From NCBI GenBank assembly GCA_964518705.1, contig CAZFGV010000005.1:43676-107675 (forward strand): 64,000 nt of DNA, in the 5' to 3' direction. Source of the stretch: an uncultured Bacteroides sp. GTDB lineage: Bacteria > Bacteroidota > Bacteroidia > Bacteroidales > Muribaculaceae. The translations under genes were made by a program, and so were the position numbers. The notes under the pieces were generated by a model. It was given only the letters and a program-made list of their open reading frames with translations, was not told the origin of the DNA and made no database searches. Shown one piece after another: positions 10,231 to 18,860 of the stretch (position 1 is the stretch's first letter; each line of letters opens with the position of its first letter).

Positions 10231-12702
10231 TTAGATAGCTGTACGATTTACTTTATTACCAGAAACAGTTACGCTTGTGCTTTCAAGATTACCGAAAACT
10301 TCAGCAATAGAATTAGCACCACGGCGAGCTGCATAGAAACCGTTAATCTTAGTATCCTTAACAGCACAACCGCTATCAGCGATAGTACCGAGAGGACGAC
10401 CAACGAGACCTGCAACGAAACCTGATTCATTAGAAATAGCATAGTTGCTGATTTCGCAACCTTCTACAGAGCAGTTGGTAAGAGTAAGAGCAAAGCCTTC
10501 AGCTTCAAAACCAACGAGACCTGCAACAGACTGAATACCCTTAACGGTACAGTTCTTAACATGAACGTCAGACATTGTCAACGCAGCGCCATTAACGTCG
10601 CCGATAACAACAGCAGCAAAGCCGTTAGAACCGGCAGGTGCATTATCAACAACAAAGTTTTCGATAGTTACATTCTCAACAGAAGCTAAAGCGCAAGCAT
10701 CGCCCTTAAACAAGCCCATAGTATAGGGATTAGTAGTAGCGAGAACAGCGTTAGACATTGTGTGGCCATAGCCATTGAATGTTGCGCCACCGAGAAGACC
10801 TTCAGCGCCATAGAGTACGTTGCCACCGAAATCGATATCGGCTGTAAGTACAATTTGCTTTCCTGTGAGAAGATCATGGCTCGGAGAAGCGACAGCTGTC
10901 ATCCATGCCCATTCTGATGCGTTGGTAATCATGTACATGTTACCTAACAATTGAGGTTCGCGTACTGTGGTACCGTCCCACAACAAAATCTTTTCGATGG
11001 CAATACCGCTTGTCTGAACTTGAGAAGGATTAGCCTTACCGCCGAGAACTTCAGCTACAGAAGCTTCGCCGCGACGTTCTGTCCAATAACCGCGAATAGT
11101 AGTGTTGAGAACCTTAGTATCTGAGTCTGCAAAAACAACGTCACCAACAGGACGACCAACGAGACCGGCAACATAGCCTGATTCATTAGCGTATGCATAG
11201 TTAGTGATATAGCTTTCTTCTACCGAGCAAGCGCTGAATGTTGCTGTTTCGCCTGCCTTAAGAAAACCTACGATACCACCTACTGCTATGATACCCTTAA
11301 CTGACGCTTTCTTAACATGAACGTTAGTGAATTTAACATCGCTCTGAGCATCACCCATAACAACGCCGGCATAACCATGAATGTTATTACTTTCTACACC
11401 CACTTTATCGTAGTTGTCAATAGTAACGTTTTCGATAGTTACATTTGATACTTCGCTAAGAGTGCACTGATCACCTTTAAAGAGACCTACAGAGTAAGAT
11501 CCGGTAGCATCAAATACGATGTTAGACATTGTGTGAAGCTGACCGTCGAACCATCCTTGGAAACCGAAAATAGGTTTAACAGCATGGCCGTTGAAGTCGA
11601 TGTCAGCAAGGAGTGAAATGTTCTTTGCAGGAAGAGCGCGGTTGTCGTATTGTGTCAACCATGCCCATTCGGCAGCGCTCTTAACCATGTATGTATCGCC
11701 TACAATAGCGGGTTCTGTCGTGGTTTTGCCATCCCACATTACGATATTGTAATCAGGATTTTGGAATTCGCTATCGATACGTACGTTGAAGTGAACTTCG
11801 CCTGTGAGGAACTGACCGATGATGTTGGTACGGTAGTTACGCTGGATAGGCATGTTTTCAAGACCTTGTTTGAGGATAATGTCGTTACCGTTAGAGAGGA
11901 AGGTAAATTCTGCTGATGTAAGAGTTACAGATTCGGGTTCATCTTCACGAGCAGGAAGAACATAGCTCATTGAGAGCCACTTGTATTCTTTACCTTCTAC
12001 CTTAAGGGGTTCTGAAGTAACGATGTTGCTGGCTTCGTAAACGAGTCCTGTGAAATCTGAAACGCTACCGTCAAGAATGTTAAGGGTGTTAGCTACATTA
12101 GAGAAAGTAACTTTTGACTTAGCAACAGTGATGCCGGCTTTTACAGCTTCTGCATAGTCGCTAGTACCTACGTTTACCTGAGCGAAAGGACGGTTGAGCA
12201 CAACGTCATAGTTGGCGTCTCCGCTGATGGTGATTGTTTCTTTTTTGAAGAATGCGTCACGCTTTTCGTCGTTGTTATATGCCACAACTGAAGTTTCGCC
12301 GTCTACGGCAGCATAATGCATCGACACAAGCATTTGATTTTCGTCTGTGCCATAGTCGATGGTGTACGGTGCATCGGGGTGCTGTGCCCAGAATGCTACT
12401 GTATATGTCTGGCCTTTGGCGAGACGAAGGCTGATGGGATGGCCGGTTGTGAGGTCGGTCAAGCCTTCTTCTGTCTTGCTGACTTCTGCAAGACGCTTAC
12501 CGGTTTGGTCGAATACGGCATACACGAGGGTGGTAGCCTGGGTACCATCGCTGATGCTACGTGATGTAACTTCACCGGAGTTGATGTTGAACGTTACGGT
12601 TGCCATGTCGCCGCTATTGGGAGCTGCGAGGTCATCGTTCGAACATGAACTTGCCATTACCATTGCGGTAGCAGCAAAACCTAAAAAAAGTTTCTTGTTC
12701 AT
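10231..12702 (-). CDS. fimbrillin-like lipoprotein fused to two tandem GLUG / beta-helix modules (putative pilus tip adhesin)
   Basis: Lipobox VMASSC. The N-domain is paralogous to the 13657 gene (ATVTF..SR.ISDG, LRL..G.TY.V.FWA, RPFAQVN). Two modules of about 250 aa each start with WDG and carry GLFKGD, VGGIVGF/VAGLVGF and GYVAGLVGRP/GFVAGLVGRP. Confidence 0.75.
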   Translation of the reverse strand: MNKKLFLGFAATAMVMASSCSNDDLAAPNSGDMATVTFNINSGEVTSRSISDGTQATTLVYAVFDQTGKRLAEVSKTEEGLTDLTTGHPISLRLAKGQTYTVAFWAQHPDAPYTIDYGTDENQMLVSMHYAAVDGETSVVAYNNDEKRDAFFKKETITISGDANYDVVLNRPFAQVNVGTSDYAEAVKAGITVAKSKVTFSNVANTLNILDGSVSDFTGLVYEASNIVTSEPLKVEGKEYKWLSMSYVLPAREDEPESVTLTSAEFTFLSNGNDIILKQGLENMPIQRNYRTNIIGQFLTGEVHFNVRIDSEFQNPDYNIVMWDGKTTTEPAIVGDTYMVKSAAEWAWLTQYDNRALPAKNISLLADIDFNGHAVKPIFGFQGWFDGQLHTMSNIVFDATGSYSVGLFKGDQCTLSEVSNVTIENVTIDNYDKVGVESNNIHGYAGVVMGDAQSDVKFTNVHVKKASVKGIIAVGGIVGFLKAGETATFSACSVEESYITNYAYANESGYVAGLVGRPVGDVVFADSDTKVLNTTIRGYWTERRGEASVAEVLGGKANPSQVQTSGIAIEKILLWDGTTVREPQLLGNMYMITNASEWAWMTAVASPSHDLLTGKQIVLTADIDFGGNVLYGAEGLLGGATFNGYGHTMSNAVLATTNPYTMGLFKGDACALASVENVTIENFVVDNAPAGSNGFAAVVIGDVNGAALTMSDVHVKNCTVKGIQSVAGLVGFEAEGFALTLTNCSVEGCEISNYAISNESGFVAGLVGRPLGTIADSGCAVKDTKINGFYAARRGANSIAEVFGNLESTSVTVSGNKVNRTAI

Positions 12703-12766
12703 AAGTTTGAGGTTAGTTAGTAATTATTGTTTGCAAATTCGCTTTCGCGTTTACTATGTGACTTTG

Positions 12767-13654
12767 TTAAAGTTCTTTGTTGTTATCACCTTCGCTATAA
12801 GCGGGTGACATACTGATGGCGCAACTGATTTCACCTGTAACGAGGTCGCCAACAATATTGGTATTTTGGTTTATGCCAAAAGGCACGTTGTCAATTTGTT
12901 TGCTTATCAACACTTCTTCGGCACCTTCGCCTTTGTTTCCGTATACGGTATAGGTAATAGCGGTATTATCTGCTGGAAAGACCATATACGATGCCAAGCT
13001 GTTATATGTCTGGCTGCCGACAGTCATTTGCGTGGTCTGTGCCGGCAAGCTAAGTGTATATTCTTGCGAACCTGATGATGTTTGATTAAGGGCATCAAAT
13101 TTTGAGTTAACATTCAATTTCACATCAACTTTCGTCAATGTATATCCGAGGTCGCTAACGGCTTGTTTGTCAGCAGCGGTGATGCCTAAGTTTAGACGCG
13201 CCATCGGACGAGTCAACACTACTGTATGGTTCGTTCCCTCAGCTCCGGCTGTTGCCTCGACGGTTGCGCTGAAGCATTCGTATGTCGTAACATCTCCGTT
13301 GTAGCTCGCAGGCAAGGCGATATTGGTCATGTTTTCGCAATTGTATGCTTGGCCATTACGGGCAAAGAACGCCACTTGATAGGTATGTCCTTTCACAAGA
13401 CGAGGTGTGTATTTTATCTCGCCACCGGGGATAATATCTATTGTTTTGCGGAGAGCGGCAATTTCGGCGTTGTTCTCAAACACAGCGCAAACAACCTGAT
13501 TAACACTATAATCGGCATCGGCACGGCTACTTACAGCCGTCGGCATCTCGGCGCTAAAGATTACTTCGACTGTCTCGGGCTTTACTATTTCTTCTCCTGC
13601 ACACGACGCTATCAGCATCGGCAAGGCTAGTATGGTAGATTTTAAAGTGCGCAT
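12767..13654 (-). CDS. small fimbrillin-like lipoprotein (candidate stalk or accessory pilin)
   Basis: Lipobox LIASC, VSSR|A site, and KGHTYQVAFFA and LTRPMARLNLG motifs shared with its neighbours. Confidence 0.65.
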   Translation of the reverse strand: MRTLKSTILALPMLIASCAGEEIVKPETVEVIFSAEMPTAVSSRADADYSVNQVVCAVFENNAEIAALRKTIDIIPGGEIKYTPRLVKGHTYQVAFFARNGQAYNCENMTNIALPASYNGDVTTYECFSATVEATAGAEGTNHTVVLTRPMARLNLGITAADKQAVSDLGYTLTKVDVKLNVNSKFDALNQTSSGSQEYTLSLPAQTTQMTVGSQTYNSLASYMVFPADNTAITYTVYGNKGEGAEEVLISKQIDNVPFGINQNTNIVGDLVTGEISCAISMSPAYSEGDNNKEL

Positions 13655-13656
13655 GA

Positions 13657-16272
13657 TTAAGATTTGTTCATTACTACTTTATATTCATCACCATCGACAT
13701 ATAACGTGCCTTTAGTGTCTGTTATAACTACAAGCGAAATATAATAGCAACAGCCCATTAAATCCAGTGTTTTAGACACATAATTTGGCTTAAAAAAGCT
13801 GCCAATATTTTCACTATACGTATAAACATCTTGTGCTCGTCTACCATTCTCTGTATTAAATACATTATTTACTGAAGAACACGAATTTATCCTAATAACC
13901 TCAGCATTTGGTGTACGTATATCTCCTATAAATCCATTTATATGACGTCCGGCTGTCAATATATTATCATCAACGCCTAAACAATAAAAGGTGTTAGCTG
14001 ATGTTTTACAATTTTCAATAGTTGAATTGCCTGCTATAAAACCAATCAAGCCTCCGATTTCGCCATTACTTAGAAATCCCAAATTATCAGTTACCCCTGA
14101 ATTGTAGTTTTCAAAATAACATGATGATACGGAGTTATTTGAACATTCAAGATCTGCAAATATACCTCCGCAAAGACCACCCATTTTATTAACACCATAA
14201 AGGTAGCCGTTTTTAACATTGACATTGTTGATAATAGTTTTTGCATATGCATAACCTCGCAGAGTTCCAACATACGCATCACCGGAACTCTCCTCATGTG
14301 TCACACGAATATCAGCACCATCAAATGTTACATTTTCGAAAGTCGATGCACAACTTTCGCTTTTTACAAAACCACCATAATGATTATCTCGAATTGAGAT
14401 ATTATAGATAGTTTTATAGTTGCCTTCAAGTTTTGTTAAGGTATTCAATGGTGTAAATATATTCATACGGACTCCGGCTTTCGATGCTCCATCCAAGTCG
14501 TATTCCATATCAACATTTTCCATCAACTTAATAGTTCCGACATTACCGCCTTGAAGTTTTGCTAGGTCGAAGGCTGAGTAAATCAGTTTCGCACCATTAT
14601 CGGTCAATGGTTCGACAGTTTTTGAGCCATCCCAGCAAGGGATAAATCTGCTACCGCCATAATTTACTGTGCCTCGGTTATAGGTTTCATCGCCGAGCCA
14701 GCCGTTATATTTGCTATAGTCTGTTTCTGCGAGCCATGCACCTTCGTTGCCTTCGCGGTAAGGCGATGCAAAGTCGGCTATTGTAACGTTGTCTGCCACA
14801 GTACAAGTAGCGTCAAAGCTAACAGTTTCAGCATTATCATAACCGCTCAACAAGCCCACGAATTTACCTTCGCTCTTCGAGCCTGCGATTGTAGTGCTTG
14901 CGATTGTCGAGTTCGAGAAAGTCAAAGCAAGAGTCTCGGTGCGATCTTTTTCCGATTTGCGAACCACATAACCGACAAAACCGCCGGCGGCGCCGTTAGT
15001 AGTCGACACAACGGCATTCTTAACCGCCACGCCGGTAAACGCGCCCGAGCCTTTAAGTGTGTTCACTAACGCACCCACATGAGTAGCAGCGCCGATCATT
15101 GTCAAGCCGTCAACGGTCAAATTTTTAACAGTCAGGTTGGTAACGTCGCCAAACAAACCGCCGCCATTGATGTTGAGATTCTTTACTGTATGTTCTCCGC
15201 CTTCGATAGTACTGCCAACAGGCAATTTAACCGTCTGAAGCGATTTATTGTTCATATCCAAATCTTTCGTAATCACGAAAGTGCGATTCGGTTCAAGCGT
15301 TGTTCCGTTCTGAGCAAGCCATGCGAGGTTCGCTGTACTTGAAATGATATATCTGTTTTGCTCGTCGGTGCTCAAAGGCAATGATACTGTGCCATCCCAC
15401 TTATCTTCAGGAGCTTGCACGATAGTGCCGCAAATATTTGTGCGCTTATTAGCTGCGACAACAATATCATTAACAGTCTTATTCGTAATCTCTGTGTTGC
15501 CATCTTTTAGCACACAGGTTGCAGATACTTTACCGTCCTGAGGCACAAAGATATAGTTCGATGCTACATAATAATATGCAGTTACTCCGACAGTGAGTTC
15601 TTCGTCAGTAAATCTGTTAAAGGTAAATTTAACATTATCAACGCTACCTGTCGCCGTGCCTGAGAGCAAGCTAAACTTATTAGGCAGAGATGTATACGTG
15701 ATTTCGCAAGAATGAGTTCCGTTAACGGGTTTAGTAGCATTATCGGCAAAATTGACCTGGGCAAACGGACGTGTCAAAGTAACATTTTGCGAAGAGTTAT
15801 TACCGGAAATAGTAACTGATTCTTTGGCATAGAATGCATCAAGTTGCTCAATATTGCTAAAGTTGTCTATAATAGCGTAGTTGTCATAATCTACCGACAC
15901 CTCGCCGGCATCGGACAATGTATAAGCACAACTGCTATTACTACTATTATACGCCCAGAAAATCACTGAGTAAGTGCGATTTGACAACAGGCGCAACTTC
16001 AAATTATTACCTCCTGCTGGATTAAATGCTTGGTCCGGAATTCTCTGAACTAATTCTTGTCCGTCAAAGACAAGCACGTCAATTTTATTAACAGATAGTC
16101 CATCACTTATCGCACGCGACTCAATACCGGCATCAAGGTCGGCATCAAATGTTACTGTTGCATATTCGTCTCCTTCCGATACTATTTCAACGTCATCAGA
16201 ACAAGATCCTAAAGTAAAGCAACTAAATACAGAAATGATAGTACAAAAAGAGAGAAATCTATTATGAATCAT
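13657..16272 (-). CDS. fimbrillin-like lipoprotein fused to two GLUG / beta-helix modules (putative pilus adhesin)
   Basis: Start trimmed to the ATG at 16272 (MIHNRF...FTLGSC lipobox). N-domain has ESR|A and LTRPFAQVNF. The C-terminal part has WDG-initiated modules with GGGLFGD, AAGGFVGY, MGGLCGG and IGGLIGF..IENC (GLUG-like). Confidence 0.75.
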   Translation of the reverse strand: MIHNRFLSFCTIISVFSCFTLGSCSDDVEIVSEGDEYATVTFDADLDAGIESRAISDGLSVNKIDVLVFDGQELVQRIPDQAFNPAGGNNLKLRLLSNRTYSVIFWAYNSSNSSCAYTLSDAGEVSVDYDNYAIIDNFSNIEQLDAFYAKESVTISGNNSSQNVTLTRPFAQVNFADNATKPVNGTHSCEITYTSLPNKFSLLSGTATGSVDNVKFTFNRFTDEELTVGVTAYYYVASNYIFVPQDGKVSATCVLKDGNTEITNKTVNDIVVAANKRTNICGTIVQAPEDKWDGTVSLPLSTDEQNRYIISSTANLAWLAQNGTTLEPNRTFVITKDLDMNNKSLQTVKLPVGSTIEGGEHTVKNLNINGGGLFGDVTNLTVKNLTVDGLTMIGAATHVGALVNTLKGSGAFTGVAVKNAVVSTTNGAAGGFVGYVVRKSEKDRTETLALTFSNSTIASTTIAGSKSEGKFVGLLSGYDNAETVSFDATCTVADNVTIADFASPYREGNEGAWLAETDYSKYNGWLGDETYNRGTVNYGGSRFIPCWDGSKTVEPLTDNGAKLIYSAFDLAKLQGGNVGTIKLMENVDMEYDLDGASKAGVRMNIFTPLNTLTKLEGNYKTIYNISIRDNHYGGFVKSESCASTFENVTFDGADIRVTHEESSGDAYVGTLRGYAYAKTIINNVNVKNGYLYGVNKMGGLCGGIFADLECSNNSVSSCYFENYNSGVTDNLGFLSNGEIGGLIGFIAGNSTIENCKTSANTFYCLGVDDNILTAGRHINGFIGDIRTPNAEVIRINSCSSVNNVFNTENGRRAQDVYTYSENIGSFFKPNYVSKTLDLMGCCYYISLVVITDTKGTLYVDGDEYKVVMNKS

Positions 16273-16336
16273 ATCAATCAACAGAATCAATTGAATCAAT
16301 CAAAAAAGAAATCAAAGAAAATATTAAAAGTAGATA

Positions 16337-17377
16337 TTAAAAGTAGATATTAATATCACCATTGAACTTGGTGTTAATAGACACACCACCTTGAGCATTC
16401 ATCATCAAGAACTTACCTTTCATGATAGTATGTTTGCTACGGCGCAATGGCACAGAAATGACATTAGTACGAGAAATTTGTTCATTATCCTCATCGAGGA
16501 TCGCAATCTGAAGTGACACAGCTGATTCAGTGCCGTTAACGAACACATAATCAAAACCGAGCGAAGCTTCTTTATCGCTAAGGCTCAAGACACGACCTTG
16601 GAAGGCTACACCTACGGTTGAGTCGACGGGCTTGTCGGTAAACATATTGTATGTGTTCGGCATGAATCCGGCATAATAGAACACCACTTTATATTTGCTG
16701 ATATCAATACCTTTTGATGGTGCTTGTTCGGGTAATTCACCACGACCGATCATGCGACGAACTTCTTTGTCGATAAATTCATCAACGTCAGTGGTAACAA
16801 ATTCAAATTTTGCAAGCGGGCGTTCCATATCCACTTGGATAGTAGGAGCGACTTGCTCTTTCATCGTTGACACTAACTTAATGTCACTTATACCACGGAA
16901 CGCGTCACGATAGTCATTGTTACCTTCATGTTCGCCAACGAGCTTGATAGCGGCATAGTCTTTGGCATCATAGAACTTATGCGAGCTACCCAAATCGGCG
17001 ATATCAGACCATACCATAACGCTATAATCACCGGCAGGCACTTCGACATAGAAATTGGCGTCATAACCTTCAGCTAAATCGCGAGTGAATACAAATTCAT
17101 GCGAAGCTTCGCCACGTGATGCTTTCGAGTTCTGTGTATAGAAACGTATAATATACCGCATATCGCCTTCTGTCTGTACGCTCTTTGAAGGTACTTCCGT
17201 ACGGGTATCCTCGATAGGATATACGAACTGCGGCATGTCGGTAGAATATCGTAGCTGTATGTTGAGCCCCACTTTCTCGGGAACGTCGGGGAACTCGTGA
17301 ACATCGCACGATGAGAACATCGAAAGCATGGCTATGCACCCGATCAGTCGAATTATATGTTGCACGATAGTTCTCAT
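16337..17377 (-). CDS. FimB/Mfa2-like pilus anchor/terminator lipoprotein
   Basis: Lipobox MFSSC, 346 aa, MERPLAKFEF motif homologous to the RP.A motif of the downstream pilins. It occupies the position typical of Mfa2-family genes. Confidence 0.6.
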   Translation of the reverse strand: MRTIVQHIIRLIGCIAMLSMFSSCDVHEFPDVPEKVGLNIQLRYSTDMPQFVYPIEDTRTEVPSKSVQTEGDMRYIIRFYTQNSKASRGEASHEFVFTRDLAEGYDANFYVEVPAGDYSVMVWSDIADLGSSHKFYDAKDYAAIKLVGEHEGNNDYRDAFRGISDIKLVSTMKEQVAPTIQVDMERPLAKFEFVTTDVDEFIDKEVRRMIGRGELPEQAPSKGIDISKYKVVFYYAGFMPNTYNMFTDKPVDSTVGVAFQGRVLSLSDKEASLGFDYVFVNGTESAVSLQIAILDEDNEQISRTNVISVPLRRSKHTIMKGKFLMMNAQGGVSINTKFNGDINIYF

Positions 17378-17387
17378 TGTTGGTTCC

Positions 17388-18608
17388 TTATTTATTCAAA
17401 TTAAATGAGTACGAAACGGTAACGGCAGCCTGGTCGAGTCCGATATAAGTTTTCTTTGTGGTATCGATAAGGAGTCCGTTAGGCTCGTTATAAAATTTGT
17501 CGTAATTAATAGAGTATGCACCGGCACCAACGGTAAATTCGAGATGCCAATGTTTGTTGGCGCTGATGGGCATGCGATAGCCCACTGCTATACCGCCACC
17601 AAGAGCAGGGCTGCTACCATCATGGTCCTGGAAACGATATTTATTGCCGTCAAGAGCGAGATTGAACCACGCAAGACCGAAATGAGCGCCGCCAAACCAG
17701 CCTTCGTTATCTTCTGACAACCAATAACGTACTTCGGGCTGCAAAGCGAGGGTACGGAATTTACGGGTCGATTTAAGATAGTTCCACGATGACCAATATA
17801 CCGGCAATGTTGCCGACCAGTGCTTGGCGATGTCTATTTCTACTGCAATATTTGATATCGCAAATCCCCATGCGAGGGCGTTTGTCTTAACGTGCAATTT
17901 ACGTCGCCATACCGGAGGCTCTTCTGCTACGGTGTCGGTGGGCATAACAAAAATTGTTGTAGCTTCCGACTCGTCTATTGCAGGCAACACGATAGGCGCC
18001 GGGGTACGTTCTATCTTCTGCTTATATGTTACAAAGATAGCATATGCATTACGCATCGGGCCGAAATATGCGTCAATAATCTTACGCCACACGCGACCGC
18101 GATCGAGCTTTTGCAATTTTACGATACGATGGTCGATTTTCTGATTGGTGTAATAATATTGTACCAATTGAGGCTCTTCGCGCAGAATACTCATTATGGT
18201 ATCTTTATATTCAATATCAGATTGAGCTATAGCACGAGTAAAGTCGATCCATGGAATGTAACTTTCGTCACGAGTGATAATGCTATCGGGGATGTCGATT
18301 GAATTACGAACATATTTTTCGAGTTGCGACAAACGTTGACGACCGAGGCGAAGATTGAGATCGTTACTACCTTCGGGCGAAGCGGAGCCGCAGAACGATA
18401 TGCCGGTTATGCTTATCGTACTATCGCGTCGAACGGCGCTTAAAAAGGTATCTAAGGCATGCAGGGTGGAATCGTTCGACTGAAATGTTGAGTCAATTTC
18501 TGTGCTGTTCACGCGGAAGTTAAGACAAAACTCGTATTGCTTCGCCTGACAATATGCGAAACTAGAGCTTAACAACGCAGAGATTAACAAGATATACTTC
18601 AGTATCAT
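17388..18608 (-). CDS. OmpA-like/DUF3868-type N-domain plus DUF3575-type outer-membrane beta-barrel protein
   Basis: Start trimmed from the GTG at 18662 to the ATG at 18608 (MILKYILLISALL signal peptide). ISFCGSASPEGS..N..LGRQR resembles an OmpA-like domain. The C-terminal half (KTNALAWG..., GGAHFGL..., GIAVGYRM...VSYSF) looks like a DUF3575 barrel. Confidence 0.7.
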   Translation of the reverse strand: MILKYILLISALLSSSFAYCQAKQYEFCLNFRVNSTEIDSTFQSNDSTLHALDTFLSAVRRDSTISITGISFCGSASPEGSNDLNLRLGRQRLSQLEKYVRNSIDIPDSIITRDESYIPWIDFTRAIAQSDIEYKDTIMSILREEPQLVQYYYTNQKIDHRIVKLQKLDRGRVWRKIIDAYFGPMRNAYAIFVTYKQKIERTPAPIVLPAIDESEATTIFVMPTDTVAEEPPVWRRKLHVKTNALAWGFAISNIAVEIDIAKHWSATLPVYWSSWNYLKSTRKFRTLALQPEVRYWLSEDNEGWFGGAHFGLAWFNLALDGNKYRFQDHDGSSPALGGGIAVGYRMPISANKHWHLEFTVGAGAYSINYDKFYNEPNGLLIDTTKKTYIGLDQAAVTVSYSFNLNK

Positions 18609-18666
18609 CCTAAGGTATTTATCTAACACTTTTATCTCCTCTTTTAAGGAGGCTATTTTCACGTGG

Positions 18667-18674
18667 CAAATTTA
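18667..18674 (-). promoter_or_regulatory. candidate -7 box (TAAATTTG on minus strand) for the pilus-type operon
   Basis: Matches TAnnTTTG about 55 nt upstream of the ATG at 18608. I saw no clear -33 TTTG. Confidence 0.3.
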
Positions 18675-18860
18675 GTTATTCATATTATATTATGAAAATT
18701 TTTCTGCGATTTTTTATAAAAAAGTTTCATTTTAACTTTTTGCCATTTTGAATGGAACGTTAGGATTTTCCAACGTAGCTTTTTTGATTTTTACTAAAGG
18801 ACCAATGTTTACTATTGATACATAGAACTTTACTTTGCGATTTTAACCTACGGGCCATAG

